Assembly (NCBI RefSeq): GCF_006345805.1
Contig: NC_043000.1
Coordinates: 116,560,001 to 116,624,000 of the forward strand
Source of the DNA: Octopus sinensis
Taxonomy: Eukaryota
Direction: 5' to 3'
Length of the DNA stretch: 64,000 bases
Position 1 is the first letter of the stretch. The number at the start of each line of letters is the position of its first letter. Below the pieces are notes generated by a model. It was not told the DNA's origin. It was given only the letters and a program-made list of their open reading frames with translations, and searched no databases. Shown here piece after piece: positions 12,481-26,099 of the stretch. Made by a program: the position numbers and the translations under genes.

Positions 12481-12688
12481 GATGGCGGAAACGTTAGCAC
12501 GCCGGGCGAAATGCTTAGCTGTATTTCGTCTGTCTTTACGTTCTAAGTTCAAATTCCGCCGAGGTCGACTTTACCTTGCATCCTTTCAGGGTCGATAAAT
12601 TAAGTACCAGTCGCGTACTTGGATCGAACTAATCGACTGGCCCCTTCCCCAGAACCTTCGGGCTTTGTGCCTAGAGTAGAAAAGAATA
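12481..12688 (+). mobile_element. SINE-B
   Basis: GGCGGAAACGTTAGCACGCCGGGCG...GTCGATAAATTAAGTACCAG...GTAGAAAAGAATA. Confidence 0.85.
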
Positions 12689-13214
12689 TATAAACAAGAT
12701 GAATCAGGTGGATTAGTCTCAGTGAAATTATGGAATTTAATCTATGAATGAGCGCATTCTTTATCTATACACAAAGAGATTACTTGTAAATATACACTCA
12801 TGTTCTAAGGATGCTGCTGCTGTATATTGTTTGTTTTGTGCAAAACTAACATCCGCAACTACTATGATTTGAATCTCCTGTAAAAATTACTTTAACCTCT
12901 TACACAGATAAAACAACTGGGAAAGCCAAAATTTTCTAAATATCCTGTATCTATTTGCATAATGCAAAGATTGTTTTGCGTGATTGACACCCAAGGTTTA
13001 TACTTCGTCGTAATTATTGCATAAGAAAGATTCCCACTCCAGACGACCAATATGAAAACTAATAGGCGTCTCTTAGGTTCTCAAGTTGCTGGATCGAACG
13101 ATCAATTTCTTTATTTTGTTACACGTACCCTGTATCTAGGTTAAAACTGCTTCATTTTTGCGTGATCAGCTTACTAAGCAGTGACTAAGTACAATGAAAT
13201 CGTGAGCCGAATGC

Positions 13215-13345
13215 CGTAACCAATAAACCACGCGCATGAGATCGTTAATCTTTGGAGCGTTGTGGCCTTGAGCAAGACGTTTAATTTTAAGTTGTGTCAG
13301 TTCACTCAGCTGGCAAAAAGGAGTTGTACCTGTAATTAAAAGCAT
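13215..13345 (-). mobile_element. SINE-D head fragment
   Basis: Homologous to 58110-58260 (GCGCGTGG..TTAG, GGCTCACGAT, CTTGAGCAAG, CACTCAGCTGGCAAAAA). Confidence 0.55.
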
Positions 13346-13355
13346 AAAGAGAGAG

Positions 13356-13790
13356 GAAATACCGCTTCTAAAATACAAAATTTTGTCAAAAACGTTAAGA
13401 ATAGACCCTGTTCTATGTGACACATTCTACCAGTATCGGAAGTTTGAAAGTATTTAGTTAATAAAATTAATAAAATAATCTGTACGTCTAATTAAAGAGA
13501 TATGTAGTGGATGAAAGTCAAAGTCATCCTCGGCGGATTTTGAACTAAGAACGTAAAGACAGACAAAATACCGCTTCTAAAATACAAAATTTAACCAAAA
13601 ACGTTAAGTATAAACCCTTTTCTATGTGAAATATTCTACCAGTATCGGAAGTTTGAAAGTGTTTAATTGAAAAAAAAAAGAAGTCAAAGTCTGGCTCTGC
13701 GAAATTTGAACTCAAAAACATAAAGACAGACAAAATACCGATGAGTATTTTACCCGGCACGATAACGATTCTGCCATCTCAGCGCCTTAG
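13356..13790 (-). mobile_element. Old SINE-B with a local tandem duplication and a different linker
   Basis: AAATACC at 13357, 13566 and 13733; repeated linker CTTCTAAAATACAAAATTT...TTCTACCAGTATCGGAAGTTTGAAAG. Confidence 0.7.
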
Positions 13791-14631
13791 GAAGTCGCCA
13801 TTCATTTTAGAAATATATTCTTTATTCTTATTGCTTAAGCGTTACTTCTTACTTCCTTACTTACTGACAGTAAATTTCGTAACATTTTCTCACAACTGTT
13901 TTTCTACTAATTTTTGTTCAGTGCGACTAACGATTCTGAATTCCTCATGCATTTCCCTATCATTAAAGCCTAAGAAAAAATATACTTTTAATTTAAAATT
14001 ATAATATTTATCTTAATTGAAGATGAATGTCTGCCTTACTGCCCATTTGAGGTCTGACATTTTGATGTAACTTTTTTTCTGTTGAATCAAATATCAAACT
14101 ATTTATGCCAAAGTGTAGTTGAGGAGATGTCCTCTTTAAAACTATCAACAGTTTGCAATTTAGTTGAGAACTGAATTAGTGGTGAAGCTTCGAAGCAGCT
14201 GCGATTGACGAAATGGTGGAATGATATATTGGAATAGGTTATAGATATATCTATAAATACATGCACATACACGCATACATACACACATAAATGCATAAAT
14301 ACATAACACTCACTCTCTCACTCTCTCCCTTTCTCTCTCACTCACACACACACACTCACGCACGTGTGTGTGTATGTAATATAGGTAACATGCCTTTGGA
14401 TTGGTTACCAAAAAGAGTTATCCAACAGTCGATTCCTCTTCCAATCGGATTTCGAATCAATGTTCATTTTAAGCTCACTGATATTTGATTTATTTTGGTT
14501 CTCCAGTCGCTGTTTACCAAAGATAAATATATATCTTATTGAAACGATGTTTGTGTACTCTTAGCGTTATGTATCTTGTCTATTCCAGGGGAAGGGGAAG
14601 AAAGATCCAAACGCTTTGCAATATAAGTTGT

Positions 14632-15089
14632 AGACGTATTTGGTTGCGTGGCTAAGAAGCTCGCTTACAAACCACGCGGGATCTTGGGCAAATGTATTCT
14701 ACTATAGCCCAGAGTAGACTGATGTCTGACAACTGCGTAGGAGTCCGTTGCATATATATGCATCTATGTATGTGTATATATGCATAAATATATATGTATA
14801 TATGTATGTATGTGTATATATGCATACATATATATATGTATATATGCACGTATGTATGTGTATATATGTATATATATATATATATATATCATATATATAT
14901 GTATGTATGCATGTATGTATGTATGTATGTATGTATGTATGTATGTATGTACATGTATAAATATATATATATGTATATATGTATTCATGTATGTATATGT
15001 ATGTGTATATATTATATGTATGTATGTATATGTATAAAGGTATATATATATATATATATGTATGTATATATGCATGTATGGACATATAT

Positions 15090-15120
<31 letters not shown>

Positions 15121-15320
15121 CTTTTGTATGCGTGTCCTTGTGCTTGTCCACCCCTATCACTCGACAACAGGTATTGGTTTGTTGGTTTGTTTACGTCCCA
15201 TCAGCGTAAATGTTCGAAAAAGTATGCAGGGTAGACTAAGTACTTGACTTGGGTTGATTTGTTCGACCAAACACTTCAAGTTGGTTTCTCAGTCGAAATA
15301 TCAAAATAAGCAAAAGATAA
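14632..15320 (+). mobile_element. Old SINE-A with a ~370-bp expanded internal (TA/TGTA)n
   Basis: 5' half at about 14632-14750, 3' half (CGACAAC..GGTATTGGTTTGTTT...AAGTAC...GATTTGTTCGAC) at about 15120-15320. Confidence 0.6.
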
Positions 15321-15412
15321 AAGATACGAAACGGATGAAAATTCTTGTAAATGAAAACTTTGCTGAAGATTAGTACAAATAATTCAACTGGTAGTATTTT
15401 TTTATTTTTTTA

Positions 15413-15642
15413 AACTCTTGTATTTGTTTCAGTCATTTGACTGTGGCCATGCTGGAGCACCGCCTTTAGTCGAACAAATCGACCCCAGGACTTTTTCTTT
15501 GGAAGCCTAGTACTTATTCTATCAGGCTTTTTTGCCGAACCGCTAAGTAACGAGTACGTAAACACACCAACATCAGCTGTTAAGCGATGGTTTACGAACA
15601 CACACAGACACAGAAACACCCCCCCACACACACACACGAACA

Positions 15643-15681
<39 letters not shown>

Positions 15682-15843
15682 GACAAGCTCCTTTCAGTTT
15701 CTGTCTACCAAATCCACTCACAAGACTTTGGTCGTCCTGAGGCTATAGTAGAAGACACTTACCCAAAGTGCCACGCAGTGGGACTGAACCCAGAACCATG
15801 TGGTTCGTAAGCAAGCTACTTACCACACAGCTACTCCTGCGCC
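15413..15843 (-). mobile_element. Full-length SINE-A
   Basis: Same architecture as 3549-3960. Confidence 0.9.
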
Positions 15844-16720
15844 TCAGCCATTCGATTCGATGTGCATTTTGCACCTTTATAATATATTATACGGCTGGGT
15901 TAAACTTGAGCTAAAGATAAATAAGCAATTTAAATGAACACTGCATACATACATATATGCATACACATATATGCATACATACATACATACATGCATACAT
16001 ACATACATACATACATACATACATACATACATACATACATACATACATACATACATACATACATACATACATAATACATACATATGCATTATTGTGACTA
16101 CAAAAATATGCAAGGCTTTCTTAAGATTTTAAGCATACTTTCTCAACGTGTGCTCTACCGCCCCCAAGATGGCGCTGGGTATGTTGAAGTGGGCGTTAGG
16201 CTTTAGGGATTGCTGAGTGGGGCGGTGAGGTAATATAATTAACATGCTAAATTTTATCTGCAGTTGTAATTATATTAAGCATAATTATTGGTTATTAAAA
16301 ATAAAATGAGATCTCATCAGGCAGAGAGAAGTCATTAATTTGCAATATATGGAGTGCATTTAGAATTTTTGTCTTTATCAATTTTTTTATATTTTCACTG
16401 TTAAAAGCTCATGCAACGGATTTTTATAGTAAAATTTATAAATTATCATCCATATTAAGTTAGTTTAGTCGTGATACCTCACTCGGTATTTAGGTGAGCC
16501 CTAGGCATAGCAATTACTTAAAGGCAGGACGCTTCAAAAGAAAAAAATGGTTAAGAAGCACTGATTTGAAGGATGAGGAACTAAACAAGATGCTTTCCTT
16601 CACATCCTTGGTACCAAGCAGGTGACCAACCAGAATATATTCTAAACTGAAAAGGAGAGAACTTAGATAGATAGATAGATACATACATATATACATACAT
16701 ACAAGCATACATACATCGTG

Positions 16721-16993
16721 AAGGCGCAATGGCACAGTGGCTAGGGTACCGGACTCGCAGTCATAGGATCGCGGTTTCGATTCCCAGACCGGGTGTTGAC
16801 AGTGTTTATTGAGCGAAAACACCTAAAGCTCCACGAGGCTCCGGCAGGGGGCGGTGGTGAACCCTGCTGTACTCTTTCGCCACAACTTTCTCTCACTGTT
16901 TCTTCCTGTTTCTGTTGTACCTGTATTTCAAAGGACCAGCCTTGTCATACTCTGTGTCATGCTGAATCTCCCCGAGAACTACGTTAAGGGTGT
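16721..16993 (+). mobile_element. tRNA-derived SINE-C (3'-truncated)
   Basis: AGGCGCAATGGCACAGTGGCTAG (A-box-like), GGTTTCGATTCCC (B-box-like), body GAGCGAAAACACCTAAAGCTCCACG...CCCGAGAACTACGTTAAGGG. Confidence 0.85.
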
Positions 16994-17654
16994 ATGGAAT
17001 ACATGGACACACACACACTCACACATAAGACTGAAATACGAATACTTTTATACAAACGTAAAACGCATATCCACCACAGAGCTAGAAGTTATTCATTTCG
17101 CGAGCGCATGTGTGTGTGTGTGGGGGGGGGGTCGTTCACATATACATCAGCTGGTTCAGGCGAGCACAAACATCCAGCTCCTGTCTTCACTGAAACAAGA
17201 GTATTGTTCCCTGGTTGGTAGCTAGATTGAATGCTCTAAATGAAAATTCTTAAATCGTAAAGAGAACACCTACATACAAGCCTACATACTTAACTGCATA
17301 GATACATGCACACATACAAGAACCTGATGCGCGTTCTTCAAACTCAGTCTGTTAGCGGCATGGTAGAAATATGTGAGACATTCTAAAAGTTTTCTATTTG
17401 TGATTCCTTAAATGAATATATGCTCACACTAATGGAAGTCTACACAAAGACACGTATGTAAAAAAGTAATGACACACACACACACGCATGCACACATGCA
17501 CTCTCTCTCACACACACACACTCTCTCTCTCTCACATAAATGTGTAAGTATTAAAGGGATGTGTTCACACAGAACATAAGATTAGCTGAACACACCTCAG
17601 ACAATGCAAACACGAACTTTGCAAACCCCAGGAATTCTCAATAAAAAGCAACTG

Positions 17655-17900
17655 ATCTGAACCATGGTGGCTGCCCCCTCGTTATCGAGTATGGCCATTG
17701 CACGAAGCTTAACTGTTATTGGTGCTGTGATCGAATGTGACTTTTTAGCCCAGCTAAAGATCTACAATGTCTTGTACAGAATTGGCAACTAAAACCTTTA
17801 ACCGGTAATAGCCGGCTGTAGTTGTAACTGGGCTTCATGTACCTTTGCATGTCGTTTAAATCCTCCTGCCGAATTACACTCTCTTCCACATCCTGTCAGA
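17655..17900 (-). pseudogene. 3' end of an RTE-like LINE with two C2H2-like knuckles, frameshifted
   Basis: Manual translation: GCGRECNSAGGFKRHAKVH, frameshift, then FSCQFCTRHCRSLAGLKSHIRSQH*, followed by short 3' UTR GGCCATACTCGATAACGAGGGGGCAGCC. Confidence 0.55.
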
Positions 17901-18008
17901 TACATATATACAAACATCCATACATACACACATACATACATACATACATACATACATACACACATATATACATACATACATACATACATACATACATACA
18001 TACATACA

Positions 18009-18041
<33 letters not shown>

Positions 18042-18769
18042 CAAACGATCAAATCGTACATTACAAATGCAATTTGTAGGTGGAATAAAAAAATATGCAA
18101 GAATTTTCTCAAGTTTAAACAGTGACACTGTTTTAATTATTTACATTCCAATGATGGACTTTGTATTTTGTTAGAAAACAAAAGAAATTCACACGTAGAA
18201 ACATACATACATACATACATACATACATACATACATACATACATACGTACATTCATAAATGCATATAAACATACTTACATTCATATATGCATACATACAC
18301 ACACACATATATAGATATATATACACACACGCATACATGCCTACATACATGTATCCATACATGCACACATACATACATACAGATATAAATACATACATAA
18401 ATACATACATACATGCATCCATCCATCCATACATACACACACACACAAGCATACATGCATGCATACATACACACACATAAACACACACAGAACACTAACA
18501 ATATCGACAATAATATACTCCCAATTTTGTATAGGGTTCAACATTTCAAAATAGGATCTGTAGTTGATGCTATGGAAAAGGAGTCCTAACGGTTGTTGTT
18601 CGACCTGTTAGAAATAACAGCCAAATCCTCGGCCAATCACGCCGTATTAGCTACAGAAGGGAACTACGCATTGAAGAATGTAGACGTAAAAATATACAGC
18701 AACAAAAGCACTCGGAGAGCACAAAACTCCGACAAGGCAACACCAACATCATCTCAACGATTAGCCAGA

Positions 18770-19075
18770 GATGATTTTAAGATGAGAATGTCTGAAATAA
18801 ATTCGACTGTTCTCACAACCATGAATACTAAAAATGAACCCGACCGCCCTCCAAAATGAAGTGAAAAAATCAGGAAAAGTAATTCAGAATCCTTGTTCGG
18901 TAGCGGATCGACCTCAAAATCTAATCAGTTCATGTCAGTCACAAGGCCAAACAACACCCCTGAAAGTTTCATCCGAATCCATCCAGCAGTTCTTGAGATA
19001 TCTTGTCCAGGGATAAAGGAACAAACAAACACAACTGAAAACAATACCTCCGCCTTCGCTAAGGCGGAAGTAAAT
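18770..19075 (+). mobile_element. DINE-1/HINE/pearl-like non-autonomous element
   Basis: AAGTTTCATCCGAATCCATCC motif, (AAAC)n, terminal stem-loop CTCCGCCTT CGCT AAGGCGGAAG at 19048-19070. Confidence 0.55.
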
Positions 19076-19426
19076 ATAGAGGTCGTGGCTGGAACGCCTA
19101 ATATCGTAGGTTTTCATGAGGGGCTCAGTTCAGGCTGAACACGAGCGGCAACAGCACCAAAATAACTCTCAACATCACCACTACCATCGCCACTTCTACC
19201 ACCACCATCATCAACACCACCACTACCGACACCCAGTACCCCTAATTCCCAACACAAGAACAAAAGCCACAAGTAACACCAACACCACTACAACCATCAC
19301 TGTCTACACCACCACTACTACCACCACCAGCAAAAACCATAACAAAAAAACATAACAGATGTGTTAATCATTTTACTGATCCCACTATTCCACTCATATA
19401 CGAAATTTGATATATTTATATATATA

Positions 19427-19581
19427 TAGGGAGAGTTTACGAAAAAAACAAAAGAAGACAGGTGGTATACAAACCAAACATATGTATTAGTATAACGCTC
19501 AGGAATAGAAAAAGTATTTTACGTTTCGAGCCTACGCTCTTCTACAGAAAGGGACACAGAAAAAACAAGGAGAGAAACAAG

Positions 19582-19585
<4 letters not shown>
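19427..19585 (-). mobile_element. Penelope-like terminal-repeat fragment, family P1, between (TA)n tracts
   Basis: Homologous to 848-970. Confidence 0.55.
19516..19551 (-). ncRNA. Second copy of the atypical hammerhead-like motif
   Basis: Minus: CUUU-CUGUAGAA-GAGC GUAG GCUC-GAA-ACGU-A-AAAU; differs from 909-944 at core position 7 and one stem I base. Confidence 0.5.
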
Positions 19586-19655
<70 letters not shown>

Positions 19656-19659
19656 AATA

Positions 19660-20140
19660 TTAGGGAATATAACTCCAAACTTACAGGGAAAAATTCAATT
19701 TAGTATTAAATCAAATTTCACAATATAAATATACAATATAAATATATAATTCATCTTTATACGTCGATCTCGACGTATGTCCAGCCCTGGGAGAAACGCT
19801 GTAGTATGTCCACGAAAGATGAGATCGTGATACCGTCCTAATAATGGACAAAATCATTGTATCTCTTTAATAATGCCTCTAAATCATTTAGAAATGGCAT
19901 ACTAAATCCATGGGTACCCTGCTGCCTTCTGGAGGGCCTGTGTGGCATTCTAAATAAAATACAACGTTCGGGTCGTGTCGATATTCTGGAATATATTTTG
20001 GGTGTTTAATGATGAGCCAGTATTTTGGTATACCGTTTTATTCTTCGTTTTGTACGTTTATGATTATTTGTTTAAAGTAATTGTGAATTCTAGAAGCGTT
20101 GATTAATATTTCTGTGCCCACATTTGTAGTTACAACTTTT
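19660..20140. repeat. (TA)n-associated repeat fragment sharing its end with 33265
   Basis: AGGGAATATAACTCCAAACTTACAGGGAAAAATTCAATTTAG...AAATTTCAC is also at about 33268-33330; no convincing protein motif found in the rest. Confidence 0.45.
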
Positions 20141-20421
20141 AATTAGTTATAATTAGGTTTTAAGCAGAAACAACGAAGGGATTTCCGGAATAAATAATAA
20201 AAAAAAAACAAAAAAAAAACATATAATATAATAATGCAGGCGTAGCAGTGGGGTAAGAATTTTCCTTCCTAACCACACAGTCCCAGGTTCAGTACCGTTG
20301 CATTCTAGCTTCCTACTACAGCTGCGGGCCGTCCAAATCATTGTGAGTGGATTTCGTAGGCGGAAATATACGTATATGCATAGATAGATATTGCGTATGT
20401 GTGTATGTGTGTGTGTATGTA

Positions 20422-20460
<39 letters not shown>

Positions 20461-20806
20461 GGAGGTGCAATGGCCCGGCGGTTTCGATTCCCAGAATGGG
20501 CGTTGTGAGTGTTTATTGAGCGAAAACACCCAAAAACTCCACGAGGCTCCGGCAGGGGTTGGTGGTGAACTCTGCTGTATTCTTTCAACACAACTTTCTC
20601 TCACTCTTTCTTCCTCTTTCTGTTGTACCCGTATTTCAAAGGGACAGCCTCGTCACACTCTGTGTCATGCTGAATCTCCCCGAGAACTACGTTAAGGATA
20701 CACGTCTCTGTGGAGTGCTCAGCCACTTGCACGTTTGATTTCACAAGCAGGCTGTTCCGTTGATCGGATCAACTGGAACCCTCGTCGTCGTAACCGACGG
20801 AGTGCC
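20461..20806 (+). mobile_element. SINE-C with an internal deletion in the tRNA-like head
   Basis: GGTGCAATGGCCCGGCGGTTTCGATTCCC lacks about 30 bp present at 16721; full 3' part to GTAACCGACGGAGTGCC. Confidence 0.85.
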
Positions 20807-21164
20807 GCGACGATATATTTATATATATATATTTGTGTGTGTGTGTGTGTACATATATATGTATGTGGAGGATGCGTATATACCTATCAGTGTGTGTCGC
20901 TTTGTGTTTGTTTCCCATCACTACGTGACAACCAGCATTGACTTGTTTGCGACCGCGTCACTTAGCGATTCGGCAATAAAAAACCGATAGAATAAGTACC
21001 AAGTTCAAGGAAAATATAAGTGAAGGCGATGCTCCAGCATCCAGGTGCAGTCCAGTGGCAGAAACAATTAAATGATAAGGGATAAATAATAGCTCCACAT
21101 TGGGAAAAGTATGAGTAGTTCAAAAGATTGTCAATTAAAAATATTGCTCGAGTGTTATGAATAA

Positions 21165-22000
<836 letters not shown>

Positions 22001-23906
22001 GAGCCTAAAATATGAGTAGATAAGAAAATGATAGACTAATTGAAATGATTTGTTTCGAAGGAATATTTAACTTCATTGTGGTCCTCGCGCAAAAGGTAAT
22101 AAGAATAAGTTTTCTACTTTCATTATTGGGTGTTTGTATCGAGTCAAAGTGAAAGTAGGTCTAAGCAACTGACAAGTGGGCTTTACACACACGCACTCAC
22201 ACACAAACAAACACCCCCACACACACTCTCTCTCTCACTCTCTTTCTCTCTCTCTCACAAACACACACATACACGCACACACACACTCTCTCTCTCACTC
22301 ACTCTCTCTGTCCCTCTAGCACGCACACACACACTCTTTCTCTCACTGTCTCTCTCGCACCCGCACACACACACACGTACACACACACACTCTCTCCCTT
22401 TCCCTCTCTCACACACAGACGCACACACAAACATAAACGGATCCCCACCCCCGTCTCGACATTCTTGAGGAAGGATATCGTAGGGTGTGGAATCGGTAGG
22501 TGGCAACAAAATGAGCGGGTGTTTGTTATTTCTTGGGTGGAGGGGTCAAGATGAGGAGAGAACTCTCACGCATCACCACCGCCGCTGCCACCACTACAAC
22601 CACCACCACCACCACCATCTACACCGCATGTACTGCAATTAGCTATCAGTCAAGCATTACTATCATCACCGTCACCATCATCATGATCTTCATCACCATC
22701 ATCGATACCACCACCACCAACACCACCACCATCATCACCACCACCACCAACACCAACACCACCACCAGCATCATCATCATCATCACCACCACCACCACCC
22801 TCCTCCTCCTCCTCATCATCATCATCATCACTATCATCACTACCACAAGCATCACCAAAAACAACCTCGAAACCATCGCAATCACCACCATCACGATCCC
22901 AACCACCACCACCACCACATCCAGTTCTGTCGTCTCAGCTACTACCATTGATAAAAAAAAATATCACCACCACCAACGCCATCAATCTAATGAACATCTC
23001 TGAACGCGACCACCCTCCGTACTAGAAATAGCAGGCAAATCTCACTCAAATTACTTCGTACACAACCATCATAAATAAGAAAGCTATTTTGAAATGTAGT
23101 CCGTTATATAAAGCCGAGGTAGTCACGGCTGGAATGGATCAGAGCTGACCAGGTGCTAATTACAAACAACAAGGTTGTCACTTTTAAAACACTCATGTTC
23201 GATATAGTATTCTATAATTCATCAGCAAAATATTGCAGATTCTTTTGGAACCCAATGTCCATTAATTTTGATTTTCTAACTTTTGTAATGTAGAACTATA
23301 ACAAGGAATAAGTTTCATTAGTTTTAATGATACGAATTAGGAGATTTACGGGTTAGCCATTCACCGGATGGAATACAGTGGGGTGACAATTTTCTTTCGG
23401 AGTGCCATGTGTGTATGTGTGTGTGTGTGTGTTTTGTGATTTGAAACGGAAATTGGAACTCAAAACATTGGATATATATTGCAAATTGAATCAGCAAAAG
23501 TTATGGAGTTACTGAAGGGCCGAGAGATTTGTATTTGATATCAACATTTATGCTTACAAATATATATATAATTATATATATGTGTGTGTGTATGTGTATG
23601 TGTGTGTGAATGTGTGTGTGTGAGAGCATGTGTGTGCGTGTAGGTTGTAAAAAAAAATAAACTAAGGATGTGATTAAGTGAACCGGATACATAAGACTAA
23701 AGAACTTAGTAAAATATTTGCATTTTGCTTACACACACGCGCGCGCGCGTAGACACGAACACACATACACACACATACACGCGGGCACACACACTTATAG
23801 CCAGACTGACGCTCACACACCTAAGTGCGCGCGTGTGTTTACATTTCGGTATGTTACAAAATAGACAAAGAATTCTATATCTATATCTAAATATATCATA
23901 TATCAT

Positions 23907-24000
<94 letters not shown>

Positions 24001-24276
24001 GAGAGAGAGAGAGAGAGAGATAAATGTAAATATTGATATATACATATATATATATAAATGTAAACATGGATATATATATATATATATATATAGAAGAAAT
24101 AGCTATAACCCTTTGACTGCTATTTCTAAATTCGGTATGTGGTAAGGCAACTCGTTGCTAAACCCTTATTGCTTAGTATATATATATATATATATATAAT
24201 ATAAACGACAGAGAGAGAGAGAGAGAGATAAATGTAAATATGGATATATATATATATATATAAGGTCGATATATAC

Positions 24277-24377
<101 letters not shown>

Positions 24378-25216
24378 TATATAATAATATATATATAATA
24401 TATAGCGCGAGTTCGTGATCTTTGATCATAAAAACCGTACAACAATAAAAACACAATAATAAATCTCTGAACGAGTGTGCCTAAAGCCAGCTGGAGACGA
24501 TGTTCTCCTGGGGCTACAAGCTACAGTAACACCCACCCTTAGGGGTTAGACATTTTGAGATGGCAAGTATACCTCACAATAAAAACACAGAATTTCATAT
24601 AACATTGTCAAAAAAAAACAATAATAGTAATTATTACAAATGAAAAGAGTGAAATATCGGGTACGTTTTACTTACCCGAAAATACGTTTGTTTGTTTGTT
24701 TTTTTTAAAATTAATTTGCTTCGTGCAGGTGTATAAAATTCTTTGCGTTGATTATAAACACCGGCAGTAAGTGAATAAATATAACTTTTTATGTTGTATA
24801 TTGTGTTTAACAAAGAAAAAAAAAATAATAAAGGAAAGAAAGAAAGAAGGAGAGAGGGAAGGTGTGAGAGAGAGAGGGGGAGAAAGAGAGAGGAAGATAA
24901 TAATAATAATAATAATAGTGAAAACACGTGTGTATTGTAATTATTCGTGTCTCAAATCCAAGTTGCGATCCGTGCGATAGGAGTAGCACCGAAGTATTTG
25001 TTTATAGTTTAGACAGAGTTGTAGAAGTAAAACGAAACCAATCACTCGGCTTACAGCCAACCAACCGACCAACCAGCCAGCCAGCCAACCAACCAACGCG
25101 CAAGAAAATCCAGCCAACCAGCCAAACAGCCAGCAGTCGACAGTACGGTCGAAACTTTCACAGAAGCGGGTTTTTACTTAGGCTCACTATGTTACCAGTT
25201 GGATTCACTCCTCCTG

Positions 25217-25463
25217 TGTAGTAGTAGTAGTAGTAGTAGTAGTAGTTGTGGTGGTGGTGGTGGCGGTGGTGGTGGCGGTAGTAGTAGTAGTAGCAGTAGT
25301 AGTAGTAGTGGTAGTAGTAGTAGTGGTAGTAGTGGTAGTAGTAGTAGTGGTAGTGGTGGTAGTAGTAGTGGTATTAGTAGTAGTGGTGGTGGTGGCGGTG
25401 GTGGTGTTAGTAGTAGTGGTAGTGTTAGTAGTAGTAGTAGTAGTGGCAGTAGTAGTAGTAGTT

Positions 25464-25504
<41 letters not shown>

Positions 25505-25585
25505 GGTAGTAATAGTAGCAGTAGTAGTAGTGGTAGTAGTAATAGTTGAAGTAGTAGTAGTGTAGTAGTAGTAGTAGTAATAATA

Positions 25586-25618
<33 letters not shown>

Positions 25619-25692
25619 TGATGATGATGATGATGATGATGATAATAATAATAATAATAATAATGATAAAATTAATAATGATAATAATAATG

Positions 25693-25738
<46 letters not shown>

Positions 25739-25742
25739 TAAT
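25217..25742. repeat. Compound (TAG/TGG)n-(TAA)n-(TGA)n tract
   Basis: Direct reading; source of the poly-Ser/Gly and poly-Val ORFs. Confidence 0.95.
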
Positions 25743-26099
25743 ACTTTTTTCTTTTATTTCCTGTCACCTCACCCACGTTTTCTAAGCAGTGATATAAAGC
25801 ATGTTTGTTTTAAAATGATATTTTTTTCTCCCTCGATCGATTTCCTACTGTCATTCCTTGGATATTGGTTCCTTCATCCTGCACTTATCCTTGTCGTTGT
25901 CGGTGCTGTTATTATTATTGATGGCGATGGCAATGAGGGGGCGGGAACAGCTGTGGTGATGGATGTTTGGGAGCAGTATTAGAGTTGTTTTCGTTTACAC
26001 TTGGGTCAGTTCTAATCCTATGATCCATCATGAATTCGATGCATTCCCAACGGTGACCATCTTGCCTCACCTGCTAGTATCCTTATCTTGTCGGATAAA

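Noticed and set aside
16160-16175. YY1-like CAAGATGGCG motif
   Set aside because: A single short motif is expected by chance; no other promoter evidence
16721-16795. tRNA gene
   Set aside because: tRNA-like head of a SINE; acceptor stem is not completed and the sequence continues into the SINE body
17655-17900. C2H2 zinc-finger gene exon (a family expanded in octopus)
   Set aside because: No TGEKP linkers, frameshifted, and followed by an RTE-like 3' UTR; better explained as a LINE C-terminus
25199-25565. Poly-Ser/Gly and poly-Val ORFs; similar low-complexity ORFs at 21303, 22533, 31517-32459, 39943 and 49256
   Set aside because: Trinucleotide repeat tracts open in several frames, with no domain signal
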